Assembly: GCA_039586795.1 (NCBI GenBank)
Contig: JBDHJS010000026.1
Location: 25,727-89,726, forward strand
Direction of reading: 5' to 3'
From: Gemmatimonadota bacterium
Lineage (GTDB): Bacteria; Gemmatimonadota; Gemmatimonadetes; Palauibacterales; KS3-K002
Length of the DNA: 64,000 nucleotides
A program made the translations under genes and the position numbers. Shown one piece after another: positions 36,738-46,244 of this stretch; within the stretch, counting starts at the first letter, position 1, and the number at the start of each line of letters is the position of its first letter. Under the pieces are notes generated by a model. The model made no database searches. It was not told the origin of the DNA and worked only from the letters and a program-made list of their open reading frames with translations.

Positions 36738-37342
36738 GCGGCCCGACTCAGCTTCTCGATCTCTTTCCACGTCTCCCACGCCCGCCGCTCGAGCGTCGGA
36801 ATATCTGAGTCGTTATCGATGATCAGATCGGCAAGTCTGCGCTTCTCCTCCGATGCCATCTGAGAGTCAGCAACGGCTCGCGCCTCATCCGGTGTCAATC
36901 CGCGCTTGCCGACCAGACGCTCGATGCGCACAGCCGTCGGTGCGTCAACGACAACGACAGCATCGAACTTGTCGCCCATGCCCGTCTCGAACAATAACGG
37001 GACGACCCCAATTACGATGCGATCGTCCCGAGCTTCCGCCTCTGCAAGCAACTCGCCGTACAGCGCGCCGATCGCAGGATGGATAATGTTCTCCAGCCTC
37101 TCGCGAGCCTGATCGTCGGAGAACGCGATACGCCGCATAGCGGGCCGGTTCAGCCCGCCGTCCTCGGCTATGACTTCATCGCCAAATTCTTCGCGGATCC
37201 GCTTAAGGGTCGGACCGCCCGGCTGAACGACTTCCCGAGCGAGGATATCCGTGTCTATCACCGTGGCTCCCCAGCTGGCAAACAGCGCCACGACCGTGGA
37301 CTTGCCGGCGCCGACATTTCCGGTCAGCCCTATATGAAACAC
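36734..37342 (-). CDS. coaE: Dephospho-CoA kinase
   Basis: IGLTGNVGAGKST, LENIIHP, VPLLFE and SQM motifs. Confidence 0.92.
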   Translation of the reverse strand: MFHIGLTGNVGAGKSTVVALFASWGATVIDTDILAREVVQPGGPTLKRIREEFGDEVIAEDGGLNRPAMRRIAFSDDQARERLENIIHPAIGALYGELLAEAEARDDRIVIGVVPLLFETGMGDKFDAVVVVDAPTAVRIERLVGKRGLTPDEARAVADSQMASEEKRRLADLIIDNDSDIPTLERRAWETWKEIEKLSRAA

Positions 37343-37354
37343 GGGTCAGCTCCT

Positions 37355-38434
37355 TCAGCTGCCGCCAGCGGCAGTAGTATCGAGCAGCGCGCCACCGGTC
37401 TCGTCCTCGACCCCCAGCTCCTTGATGAACCGGTTCACCAGCTCCTCGCTCTTGAGTCGCTGGTCCTCGGCCGACAGGTGGCCGATGGGAATTCGAGCAC
37501 CGGCCATCATACCGTGGCCGCCCGCCGTGCCGTCACTATCCACGACACGGCGCAACAGCTGGCCCGCCTTCGCATCGCTAACCGAGGTCCGAATAGAGAT
37601 CAAGATCGAATCCTCGAACACTCCAATACAGAAAGACCACTTGGCGCCTTCGTATCGCAAATAGAAGTCGGCGAGCTCCGCAACCAGATCTGGATAATCG
37701 AGCCGACCAAGATAAGAGATGACGACCGGCCCTCGCGTCCGAGACCTCTCGAGCGAGCGGTGTAGGGAAGAGAAGTAGGCCCGCGGCAGATCAGGATAGC
37801 GCATCCGCGAGATCAACTCACGGTCGGCGCCGGGGTAAAGCTTCAGGCTGGCCTGCAGATCGGCCTCGCACGCTTCTCGCCCCAGATCCTGCGTCTCCGA
37901 TTGGATCCCATAGAACAATGCCGTCGCGACCCTTCCCTTCAGCGGTACGCCTGCCGCCTCCAGGTACCGGGTCAGAATCGTGCAGCTCGACCCGCAGTCG
38001 GTCCGCACATCCCAGAACTTCGCTTTCCGGGTGTCTTCGCGGATGGGATGGTGATCGATGACTATGTCGGCGGTCCGATCTTCCGGAAGCGAGTTGTTGC
38101 CCGTCCCCGGCTGAGTGTCCACCAGGGCGATCAGGTCGACATCGTCAAAGCCAACCGCCCAGGTCGGTGTGATCGGGAGCCCCAACTCGTGAACCATTGT
38201 TCGGTTCTCGGCGCGGCCCACGAAACCGCCGAACGCGATGCGCGCCGTGACCCCGTCGATCGTTTCGATCAACTTGAAGAGCGCGAACGCACTGGCGAGC
38301 GCATCCGGATCGGGGTTGTCGTGAGTGAGGATGAGCAATCGCTTGCCATCCACCAACGCCGCCCTGAGCTCGTCAAGCTTGGGCTCGGAACAGCAGGTCA
38401 CCTCTTCCTTCGATTGCTTGCCGCTGGCACTCAT
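37355..38434 (-). CDS. DHH family phosphoesterase
   Basis: HDNPDPDA, VIDHH and AGGHGMMAG motifs. Confidence 0.85.
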   Translation of the reverse strand: MSASGKQSKEEVTCCSEPKLDELRAALVDGKRLLILTHDNPDPDALASAFALFKLIETIDGVTARIAFGGFVGRAENRTMVHELGLPITPTWAVGFDDVDLIALVDTQPGTGNNSLPEDRTADIVIDHHPIREDTRKAKFWDVRTDCGSSCTILTRYLEAAGVPLKGRVATALFYGIQSETQDLGREACEADLQASLKLYPGADRELISRMRYPDLPRAYFSSLHRSLERSRTRGPVVISYLGRLDYPDLVAELADFYLRYEGAKWSFCIGVFEDSILISIRTSVSDAKAGQLLRRVVDSDGTAGGHGMMAGARIPIGHLSAEDQRLKSEELVNRFIKELGVEDETGGALLDTTAAGGS

Positions 38435-38478
38435 ATTCCTAGAGAATCACTCCCGCTCGCGGTGCCACTTCATCAAGC

Positions 38479-38649
38479 TCAGTCAGAACAGTCCCCCAAT
38501 GGATAGGGATGCCTGCAGTTCCAGCAATGCCCCGTCTTGCAACCGCGTGGACGCTCCGCGACACCATGGCCGCAGTGCAAACACCGCCGTTCCGTCTCGG
38601 CCTTTCTCGCTGAGATGTCCTCCGCAGCACGACGCGGCGTCCCCGTCAC
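38479..38649 (-). CDS. Small Cys-rich zinc-ribbon microprotein (56 aa)
   Basis: Manual translation: MTGTPRRAAEDISARKAETERRCLHCGHGVAERPRGCKTGHCWNCRHPYPLGDCSD*. The GTG start overlaps the upstream stop (GTGA). Below the ORF-track cutoff. Confidence 0.7.
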   Translation of the reverse strand: MTGTPRRAAEDISARKAETERRCLHCGHGVAERPRGCKTGHCWNCRHPYPLGDCSD

Positions 38650-39281
38650 TCGAACGCTCCTGTGAGAAACGGATTCATCGCACGCTCCTGTCCGACGGTC
38701 GTTGCTGGGCCATGGCCCGAGTACAGAATCGTGTCGTCGGGAAGCGTGAGCAGCCGTTCTTGTATCGACTCGATGAGCGTACGGAAATCGCCACCCGGGA
38801 GGTCGGTACGGCCGATGGAGCCTGCAAAGACACAGTCGCCGACCAACGCGAAACCGTCACCGATCAGGCTCACGTGACCCGGCGAGTGGCCAGGCGTGTG
38901 TCGAACCTCCAGCTTCGAGCTCCCGACGGCGACGATCTGTCCATCTGCCAACTCTCTATCCGGGTCGGGCTGATCCTCCATTTCGACCCCAAACGCCATC
39001 GCTTGTTGCGGCGCGTGTTTGTATAGGAGAAGATCCTCCGGGTGCAGATAGACAGGGACGCCGGTTTCCCGTTTCGCTTCCGCAACGCCTCCGATGTGAT
39101 CCAGGTGGGCGTGGGTCAGCAATATCGACTCGATCTCAGCGTCTTCGCTCGACGCGGCTTCCAACAGACGTTCCGATTCCTCACCCGGGTCCACAAGGGC
39201 ACACTTCCCCGTCTCCTCGCAAATGGCAAGATAGGCATTGGCCTGGAACGGCCCCACGGGAAAGCCTATGATTTTCACCAA
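38646..39281 (-). CDS. MBL-fold metallo-hydrolase (glyoxalase II-like)
   Basis: THAHLDH, PGHSPG, GD..F.GSIGRTD and SGHG motifs. Confidence 0.9.
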   Translation of the reverse strand: MVKIIGFPVGPFQANAYLAICEETGKCALVDPGEESERLLEAASSEDAEIESILLTHAHLDHIGGVAEAKRETGVPVYLHPEDLLLYKHAPQQAMAFGVEMEDQPDPDRELADGQIVAVGSSKLEVRHTPGHSPGHVSLIGDGFALVGDCVFAGSIGRTDLPGGDFRTLIESIQERLLTLPDDTILYSGHGPATTVGQERAMNPFLTGAFE

Positions 39282-39328
39282 GCCTCCTGAATTCGGGTCT
39301 CGTGAAGATAAGCGGTTGGCGGAAGGAC

Positions 39329-39355
39329 AAAAAGTAAGGCCCGCTTACGCGGGCC
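39329..39355 (-). terminator. Intrinsic terminator after the iscA-like gene
   Basis: GGCCCGC-GTAA-GCGGGCC followed by TTACTTTTT. Confidence 0.75.
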
Positions 39356-39382
39356 AAACAGTGCAAAGAACAGCCCGAATCG

Positions 39383-39739
39383 TCAGACCGCGAACGACTC
39401 TCCGCAGCCGCAGCCGCCAGTCGCGTTCGGGTTGCTAAACGTGAATCCCGAACCCTGAAACGAACTGTGATAACCGATCTGTGTGCCCGTCAGGTACTGA
39501 ACGCTGAACGGGTCCACGAACAGCCGGATTCCTTCTGATTCGATGACCTGATCGTCGTCACGCGGCTCATCTTCCAGGTTCAAGCCGTACTGGAATCCAG
39601 AGCAACCGCCGGGCAGTACGCTGACACGCAGACCAGCGCTCGCAGCCGACAGATTCTCGTCAGCCATGAACTCCCGGGCCTTATCAGCTGCCTCCGCGGT
39701 GAGACTGACCGCGCTTACTTTTTCGTGTGTTTGCGTCAT
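39383..39739 (-). CDS. iscA: A-type Fe-S cluster carrier (HesB/IscA/ErpA family)
   Basis: GGCSGFQY and NPNA..CGCGESF motifs. Confidence 0.88.
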   Translation of the reverse strand: MTQTHEKVSAVSLTAEAADKAREFMADENLSAASAGLRVSVLPGGCSGFQYGLNLEDEPRDDDQVIESEGIRLFVDPFSVQYLTGTQIGYHSSFQGSGFTFSNPNATGGCGCGESFAV

Positions 39740-39780
39740 GTAACAAAAGCTCCTCTTCCACACTACTAGTTATTATTCCT

Positions 39781-39805
39781 AACGAAACGTATCGGCGCCG
39801 GTTCC
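39781..39805 (-). promoter_or_regulatory. ECF-type promoter upstream of iscA
   Basis: GGAAC-N16-CGTT. Confidence 0.55.
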
Positions 39806-39813
39806 CGTGTCAA

Positions 39814-40797
39814 CTAACCAACCTTGGCCGTCTGCTGCTCTTTCAGGTCCGTCAGGTACTTCTCCGCCGCGATGGTCGCCGTCGTTGCGTCGCCCACAGC
39901 TGTCGTGATCTGACGAGTAAGCTGCGCCCGAACATCCCCTGCCACGAACAGACCGGGGATCGAAGTTCTCATATCGCGATCGCTGATCAGATACCCTCCG
40001 GCATCGTGATCGGCATGATCGGCCAACAGACCCGTGTTTGGTCGAAAGCCAATGAAGACGAAGAGACCAGTAGCCTCCAGGGTGCTCTCTTCTTCGGTCT
40101 TCACGTCTCTCAGCCGCAGTCCTTTCATACCCCGCGCATCGCCGATCACCTCATCGATGACCGTATCCCAGATGATTTCGATCTTCGGGTTTTCAAACAC
40201 GCGTTTCTGGAGAATCTTCTGTGCCCGCAGCTCATCGCGCCGATGAATCAGGTAGAGCTTCTCGACATAGCGGGTAAGAAACTCAGCCTCTTCAGTCGCC
40301 GCATCGCCGCCGCCCGCCACGGCGATCGTTTCCCCTTTGAAGAAGGCGCCATCGCAGATTGCGCAGTAGCTGACACCGCGACCGGCGTATTCTTCTTCGC
40401 CCGGGACTTCAAGCTTCGTCGGTGTTCCACCAGCGGTGAGTATCACCGCGCTCGCCGTGTAGACCGGCCCCTCGTCAGTTGTAATCCGGAAATCGCCGCT
40501 GTCCAGCTTTTTGATCTCGTTCACCGTGCCCATCTGGATATCGAGATCGAACTTCTGCGCGTGCTTGGTCATCCGCTCCGCCAGATCGCGGCCATCGATC
40601 TCCGGTAGACCCGGGTAGTCATCGATCAGGTCCGTGTTGAGCAACTGACCACCCGGTAACCCTCGCTCCAACAACACGACATCAAGTTCGGATCGCCTCG
40701 CGTACATGCCCGCCGTGAGCCCCGCGGGACCACCACCGACTATTAGTAACTCGACATCTCTCTCGTGTTCGCTTTGCGACATGTTCTTAGCTCTCAT
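39814..40797 (-). CDS. trxB: Thioredoxin-disulfide reductase
   Basis: GGGPAGL, GVSYCAICD, GGGDAA, HRRD and AGDVR motifs. Confidence 0.93.
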   Translation of the reverse strand: MRAKNMSQSEHERDVELLIVGGGPAGLTAGMYARRSELDVVLLERGLPGGQLLNTDLIDDYPGLPEIDGRDLAERMTKHAQKFDLDIQMGTVNEIKKLDSGDFRITTDEGPVYTASAVILTAGGTPTKLEVPGEEEYAGRGVSYCAICDGAFFKGETIAVAGGGDAATEEAEFLTRYVEKLYLIHRRDELRAQKILQKRVFENPKIEIIWDTVIDEVIGDARGMKGLRLRDVKTEEESTLEATGLFVFIGFRPNTGLLADHADHDAGGYLISDRDMRTSIPGLFVAGDVRAQLTRQITTAVGDATTATIAAEKYLTDLKEQQTAKVG

Positions 40798-40813
40798 CCT
40801 CGTTCACACATAG

Positions 40814-41671
40814 TCATCGCCGCTCAGCGGCCTCCAGCAGCCGCTCGTACCACTCGAACGGCACCGGTTGCGACGCCAGCTGCCCACGCCTGCTATCGTG
40901 GGGACCGTGCCAGTCCGAGCCTCCCGTTTCAAGTAGCCCCAACTCATCAGCAAGCATGCGGAGCCTCTGCACCTCATAGGGCCCGTGATCAGGATGCAGC
41001 ACCTCGAGACCATCCAGACCCGCATCGACCAGCTCGCGGATAGCCGGGACGCTGTGAGTCTTACCCGCATGAGCCAGGACCGCCAGCCCTCCCGCTCCAT
41101 GAATCAGCCGAATCGCTTCGGCCGGCACGATTCGCCGTGTCGGCACGTAGGCCGGCTGGCCGGCAGCCAGGAGCCTACCGAAGGACTCACCGTAGCTCTT
41201 TACCCAACCGCCGGCCACCAGCGCACGGGCGATGTGTGGCCGAGCGATGAGGCCGCCTTCCGAAGCCTGAGCCCGCACATCGTCGATCGTGACCTCCATG
41301 CCCAACTCGTTCAGCTTGCCAACGATCTTCTCGGCTCGCCGCTGTCGGCTCTCCAGAGCCGACTCCAGATGCTCGCTCAGCGACCGGTCTCCTCCGTTCA
41401 CGAAGTAGCCGAGCACGTGCGTGGACCCCGAGTCGTCATAGGCAGAGAACTCGATCCCCGGCACGAACGGGAGATCCAGCTCCGCCGCCCGAGCCGCCGC
41501 CGCCGGCAGACCGGCCAGCGTGTCGTGGTCGGTCAGCGCAACCGCGGCCAGCCCCTTCTGCTTGGCCGTTTCCATACCGAAGGCCGGCTCAGCGAGTCCA
41601 TCAGAACAGGTCGAGTGCATATGCAAATCGACCCTGTGCTCGTTTGCTTCAGGAATCCCGTACTCGTCCAA
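40814..41671 (-). CDS. PHP domain protein (TrpH/YciV-like)
   Basis: DLHMHSTCSDG, LTDHD, RPHIA, LAH and GGSDWHG motifs; TTG start at 41671 after GGAG inferred. Confidence 0.85.
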   Translation of the reverse strand: MDEYGIPEANEHRVDLHMHSTCSDGLAEPAFGMETAKQKGLAAVALTDHDTLAGLPAAAARAAELDLPFVPGIEFSAYDDSGSTHVLGYFVNGGDRSLSEHLESALESRQRRAEKIVGKLNELGMEVTIDDVRAQASEGGLIARPHIARALVAGGWVKSYGESFGRLLAAGQPAYVPTRRIVPAEAIRLIHGAGGLAVLAHAGKTHSVPAIRELVDAGLDGLEVLHPDHGPYEVQRLRMLADELGLLETGGSDWHGPHDSRRGQLASQPVPFEWYERLLEAAERR

Positions 41672-41817
41672 TACCGCTCCGCTCGTCTCCGATTTGGAGG
41701 AATCCAGGGGTGTTGGCCGGACACAAGTCACCGACACCCCGATTCTCGTAATCACCGAATCGTTCCGCCTGTTCCCACCAAGTAAACACCGAGTGGTTCC
41801 CGCTACAAGTAACCTCA

Positions 41818-41859
41818 TTGACAGGCACCGAGAGTCCGCGAAGTTTAGGCTAGACAAAA
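41818..41859 (+). promoter_or_regulatory. Promoter and putative autoregulatory DtxR/MntR operator
   Basis: TTGACA at 41818; imperfect palindrome TTTAGGCTAGACAAAA (41844-41859) directly before the ATG. Confidence 0.5.
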
Positions 41860-41861
41860 TT

Positions 41862-42596
41862 ATGATGACGCCAGACACCACGGGACGATCCGGCGGTAAG
41901 AACGCCCCGCACTCGGGCGGCGACCGCTCGCGAGCCGTAGAAGACTACCTCAAGGCGATCCGTATCCTTCAGAGCGAAGGCAGACCGGTGAGCACGTCCT
42001 CGCTTGCCCAGCGACTCGGCCGGTCGCCGGCATCAGTCACGAACATGGTGAAGAGCCTGGCCGAGCAAGGCCTGGTGGATCACGAGCCGTACCACGGCGT
42101 TCGCCTGAGCGAGCAGGGCGAAAGAGAGGCGCTGCGGATAATCCGACGTCACCGTGTCATTGAAGCGTTCTTGATCGAGAAGCTGGGTTACTCCTGGGAC
42201 GAAGTGCATGCTGAAGCGGAGCGCATGGAGCACGCGGTGTCCGACAAGATGATCGAGCGGATGGCGGCGCTGTTGGGCAACCCCAAGCTTGATCCCCACG
42301 GCTCGCCGATCCCAACCGCAGATGGCATGGTGAGCGAGCAACGGCACCCCACGCTGCCCGAACTAACAGACGGCGACTCCGCGGTGATCAGGGAGGTGAG
42401 CGACGCAGACGAGAGCCGACTTCGCTATCTTGCGGAGCTCGGACTCTTCCCGGGCACACGCTTGACAGTACTTTCCCGCGAGCCATTTGACGGCCCAATT
42501 CGTGTACGCGTGGACGGTGAAGAGCGCTCTCTGGGCCCCGGCCTAGCGGAAATTGTTAGAGTTGAAGTGGACGGCGAAGAAGCCGAGAGTGGCTGA
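41862..42596 (+). CDS. DtxR/MntR family metal-dependent regulator with a FeoA-like C-terminal domain
   Basis: EDYLKAI, RRHRVIE.FL, HAEAERMEH and DPHGSPIP motifs. Confidence 0.92.
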   Translation: MMTPDTTGRSGGKNAPHSGGDRSRAVEDYLKAIRILQSEGRPVSTSSLAQRLGRSPASVTNMVKSLAEQGLVDHEPYHGVRLSEQGEREALRIIRRHRVIEAFLIEKLGYSWDEVHAEAERMEHAVSDKMIERMAALLGNPKLDPHGSPIPTADGMVSEQRHPTLPELTDGDSAVIREVSDADESRLRYLAELGLFPGTRLTVLSREPFDGPIRVRVDGEERSLGPGLAEIVRVEVDGEEAESG

Positions 42597-42637
42597 GTCA
42601 AGGCCACTCCAATCAAGAGAAACAGCGACAGACAATC

Positions 42638-42907
42638 ATGGCAAAGCTCAAAGTCGACGGTGACGTTTGGAAGGTAGTCCTTGGACACGAACGCCCCCGG
42701 CCGGGATATCGGCTGGTTCTATTCTTTTGTGAACCGACCGGCCAGCGACCCTACCGCGTGGCAGAAGTGCCGGAAGATCGATACGGCTCGCAAGGAGATC
42801 TGGATCGCATGGGAAAACAAGATCTCCTGGAGCTTTACAGACAGAGCACGTCGATGGACCGGCCGGTCTACCGGTCGGACGAGGTGGAAGACGTTCGCAA
42901 AGCGTGA
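42638..42907 (+). CDS. Hypothetical protein (89 aa)
   Basis: Protein-like composition; fills the intergenic gap. Confidence 0.6.
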   Translation: MAKLKVDGDVWKVVLGHERPRPGYRLVLFFCEPTGQRPYRVAEVPEDRYGSQGDLDRMGKQDLLELYRQSTSMDRPVYRSDEVEDVRKA

Positions 42908-42955
42908 GTGGCCCTTCGCCTACAGCCGGCGACGGACGGCTGTAGGCGGATAGGG

Positions 42956-44029
42956 TCAGCCAGGTATGAAGCTGTCGTCGGGAGTCAGCGCCCGCACCGT
43001 CGCCGCGATCAGTTCAGCAGCTCTGTCTATATCATCAAGCTCGACCATCTCGTTCGGCGAGTGCATGTAACGGTTCGGCACCGAGACCAGGGCGGTCGCG
43101 ACGCCCGTGCGGGCCGTGAAGATCGCGTCCGCATCTGTGCTCGTTCGGCTGGGTGATGCCTCCACCGAGTACGGGATCTCCGCTCCTTCCGCGACTTCTG
43201 CGATCCGATCGAATAACACGGGGTTCACCGAAGATCCGCGGCTCAACACGGGGCCGCCACCGAGGCGATGGTCCCCTTGCCTCTTCTTGTCGGCACCGGG
43301 GTAGTCTGTCGCGTGCGTTACGTCAATTGCGAACGCGACCTGCGGATCGATACCGTAGGCACCTGGCCTGGCGCCGCCGCCACCATATCCAATCTCCTCC
43401 TGCGTCGTAGCGACGGCCACGACGCCGGCTCGCGGACGATCCTCGGCCAGGCGGCGCAACGCTTCCAGCGCAACCAACGCGCCCATGCGGTTGTCGATGC
43501 TGCGTGAGACGATACGCCCGTTCGGCAGGTCAACGACGTTGGCCATGAGTACCGCCGCATCACCGACGCGTACCCGACCACGCGCATCCTCACCGTCCCT
43601 CGCGCCGATGTCGATCCAGAGGTCCTTGAGCTTCGAGCGCTTGTCGTTGTCCGAGCTGGATTGAAGGTGAATCGGTTTCTTGCCAATCACTCCCGGTATC
43701 GGACCGCTCCTGGTCAGTATCTCGACACGCTGGCCAACAACGATCTCCGGGTCCCATCCACCGATCGCCGAGAAGTAGACGAAGCCTTCATCATCGACGT
43801 GGTTGACCATGAGACCGATCTCGTCGATATGACCGGCCAGCATGACCAACGGCGTGCCCTCACGGTTCACCGCAGCGAAGCTATTTCCGTTCACATCGGC
43901 CCAGACTTCGTCCGCAAAGCCTTCCGCCTCATCGCGCCAGGCGCGCGCTGGCGCGGCCTCGTAACCAGATGGTCCGGGCAGCGTCAGGAGACGCTTGAAG
44001 AACTCGACGGAGCTCTCCTTCATAGCCAT
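42956..44029 (-). CDS. M42 family metallo-aminopeptidase
   Basis: GPSGYE, GHIDEIG, DNRMG, QEEIG, IDVTH and RYMHSP motifs. Confidence 0.92.
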   Translation of the reverse strand: MAMKESSVEFFKRLLTLPGPSGYEAAPARAWRDEAEGFADEVWADVNGNSFAAVNREGTPLVMLAGHIDEIGLMVNHVDDEGFVYFSAIGGWDPEIVVGQRVEILTRSGPIPGVIGKKPIHLQSSSDNDKRSKLKDLWIDIGARDGEDARGRVRVGDAAVLMANVVDLPNGRIVSRSIDNRMGALVALEALRRLAEDRPRAGVVAVATTQEEIGYGGGGARPGAYGIDPQVAFAIDVTHATDYPGADKKRQGDHRLGGGPVLSRGSSVNPVLFDRIAEVAEGAEIPYSVEASPSRTSTDADAIFTARTGVATALVSVPNRYMHSPNEMVELDDIDRAAELIAATVRALTPDDSFIPG

Positions 44030-44059
44030 TTCAAAGACTCGGGTTAAGGTGGGTCTTAC

Positions 44060-45250
44060 TCAGGCGCCATCCTTCCAGGGCGCCGTCTCCGGATGCTCAC
44101 GCTCCGGCCACTCCGCATATACGCCGTCGCTAACGCTCATCGCGTCCGGCATGTTCGATCGGCTGTTGAGCGCTTCTTCTGCCGCCGCCTCCACTTCCTC
44201 CGTTATCTGGTCCTCGACGCCCTGGAGCACCCGCCAGTTTGCCGCCTCGGCGCTCCCGGCCTCGACGCGATCTCCACTTTGTAGATCGAACGACGCGCGG
44301 ACCAGCCATTCCTCGTAGCAGCCGACGGGATCACGACGACCCCACTCGGCGAAGACGTCGGCGCTGAACAGACTCCGCGCCTCGGCCTCGTCATGCGTCG
44401 CGTGGCCGCCCATCCGAAACGTCTCCGCGGCGAGAAAGACCGGCCCGTCGCCACCGCGACATCGCTCCACCGCCCAGCGCGTCGCGGCGTAAGCGTCGAG
44501 GACGTTGTTGCCGTCAAACGAGGCCGTCGCCCCGCCATACAGTTTCCCCCATTCCGAGAAGTCGGCGGCGACATGGTGTTCTTGCAGGCGAGTACCGAGG
44601 GCGACCTGATTGTTCTGGATGACATAGATGACGGGCAAGCGCTGGGCGGCCGCCAGGCTGAACGCCTCATGTACGGCTCCGCTCTTCGTGGCGCCGTCCC
44701 CCACCCAGGTTAGGGCCACACGCTTACCACCCAACATCTTGAACGCCAGCGCGTAACCCGCGATCACCGGAGCCAGTCCACCGACAACGCTGATCGGTGC
44801 TACTACTCCGTACTGTCGACCTCCAATGTGCAGATCTCGTCCACGGCTCGGCGAATCCTCGGTTGCCAGATAACCGCGAAACATGTCGGCAACCGGCATT
44901 CCCATTTCGCAACACGCGCCGGCGTTTCTTATCATCGGGCCCACGACGTCACCGTCAGCCCCTGCTCTGTTCAGAGCGTGTACAGGTCCAACAGTTGCCG
45001 CTTCTTCGCCGGTCCCCAGCCAGGCTTTGGAGATTACGCCTTGCCGAACCCATCGCTTGAGCGAAATGTCGTGAAGCCGAAAGCGGAGCAAGCCCGCGTA
45101 GAAATCGATTAGCTGACTCGCCGTCAACGATGTGATCGTTTCGCGCCGGCCCGGGTCGCGCTCGAGCACTTCCCCGAAACCCTCCATCACTTTTGGGTCG
45201 GGAGTCCAATCAACGTACTCGGGTGGGTCGAAAGCCTCGTACCTTTTCAT
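44060..45250 (-). CDS. TPP-dependent 2-oxoacid dehydrogenase E1 alpha-like subunit
   Basis: GEEA, GDGAT..NN TPP-binding motif, DGNN and RMGGHATHD. Confidence 0.85.
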   Translation of the reverse strand: MKRYEAFDPPEYVDWTPDPKVMEGFGEVLERDPGRRETITSLTASQLIDFYAGLLRFRLHDISLKRWVRQGVISKAWLGTGEEAATVGPVHALNRAGADGDVVGPMIRNAGACCEMGMPVADMFRGYLATEDSPSRGRDLHIGGRQYGVVAPISVVGGLAPVIAGYALAFKMLGGKRVALTWVGDGATKSGAVHEAFSLAAAQRLPVIYVIQNNQVALGTRLQEHHVAADFSEWGKLYGGATASFDGNNVLDAYAATRWAVERCRGGDGPVFLAAETFRMGGHATHDEAEARSLFSADVFAEWGRRDPVGCYEEWLVRASFDLQSGDRVEAGSAEAANWRVLQGVEDQITEEVEAAAEEALNSRSNMPDAMSVSDGVYAEWPEREHPETAPWKDGA

Positions 45251-45317
45251 CCTGAAACACTACAGCCGACAGCCAGCCGCTCGACGGCCAGGGATTGTCG
45301 GCTGTTCAGTCTCCCCT

Positions 45318-45605
45318 TCAGTTGCTGCTCTCTTCTTCTAGAATCGACTCAAAAACTCTGCGTCTCAGCTCATCCGGAACCGATGCTCTGCCCTGTTCAC
45401 CCAAGAAACGTACGAACGCCGCCTCGAAGTTGTAACGAGGATAGCACAGCTTGCACTTCTCTATGTGGACCCGAACCTTCTCGATCGTCTCCTCGTCCAG
45501 TTCGCCATCGATGTACTCGTATAGCTTAGCCAGCACTCCTTTACAGTCGATGCCACCCGGCTGTTTCGACATCCTACCCTTCAAGGACTGCCAGAACGCA
45601 TTCAT
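45318..45605 (-). CDS. Soluble zinc-binding anti-sigma factor (RsrA/RshA-like)
   Basis: DC..LYEYIDGEL..HIEKCKLC; no TM helix; ATGA-coupled to the sigma gene. Confidence 0.88.
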   Translation of the reverse strand: MNAFWQSLKGRMSKQPGGIDCKGVLAKLYEYIDGELDEETIEKVRVHIEKCKLCYPRYNFEAAFVRFLGEQGRASVPDELRRRVFESILEEESSN

Positions 45606-46156
45606 CGGATATACCCCATCTCGAGCGCGTACTCATACAAGCGCTGCTGCAGCCGGCGGCGACCTCGGAACAAACGTGATTTCACCGTACCGACCGGAAG
45701 GCCGAGAATCTCGGCGATCTCGGCATAGCTCAACCCCTCCACATCACTCAACACGACCGGTAGTCGGAATTCTTCGGGCAACTCTTGAATCGCGCGCTTC
45801 ACTTCATTGTCGACGATCAAGTGGAAGAACGAGCCCTCTGGATCCCTCTCCTGGACCTCTTCGAACACGGAGATATCTTGCACGGCGTCGAATTCGACAG
45901 AACTCGGCCGCTTGCTCTCTTTGCGGAACTGGTTTATGAACGTGTTCCGCATGATCGTCACCAGCCAGGCACGGCAGTTCGTACCCTGCTCGTACTTGTC
46001 CCATGACCGATACGCTTTAGTGACCGTATCCTGGACCAAATCCTCCGCGTCAGATGCATTCCCGCAGAGGCGCAGAGCGACGTTATACAGCGTGTCCAGA
46101 TGGACCAACGCCTCACGCTCGAATTCCTCTCTCTTGCCAGACGCGCTTTCTGCCAT
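45602..46156 (-). CDS. ECF RNA polymerase sigma factor (SigR/SigH-like)
   Basis: DAEDLVQDT, GTNCRAWL..RNTFIN and SYAEIA..GTVKSRLFRGR motifs. Confidence 0.92.
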   Translation of the reverse strand: MAESASGKREEFEREALVHLDTLYNVALRLCGNASDAEDLVQDTVTKAYRSWDKYEQGTNCRAWLVTIMRNTFINQFRKESKRPSSVEFDAVQDISVFEEVQERDPEGSFFHLIVDNEVKRAIQELPEEFRLPVVLSDVEGLSYAEIAEILGLPVGTVKSRLFRGRRRLQQRLYEYALEMGYIR

Positions 46157-46218
46157 CGCTCGTGATCACGGTTCGGGTTTGAGACACGACCTATTTAACG
46201 GCCGCTCCCCCGTTCTGC

Positions 46219-46244
46219 AACGCTAGACGGCGGTCGGAAGTTCT
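46219..46244 (-). promoter_or_regulatory. Putative autoregulatory ECF promoter
   Basis: AGAAC-N18-GTT (SigR/SigH consensus GGAAY-N18-GTT). Confidence 0.55.
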
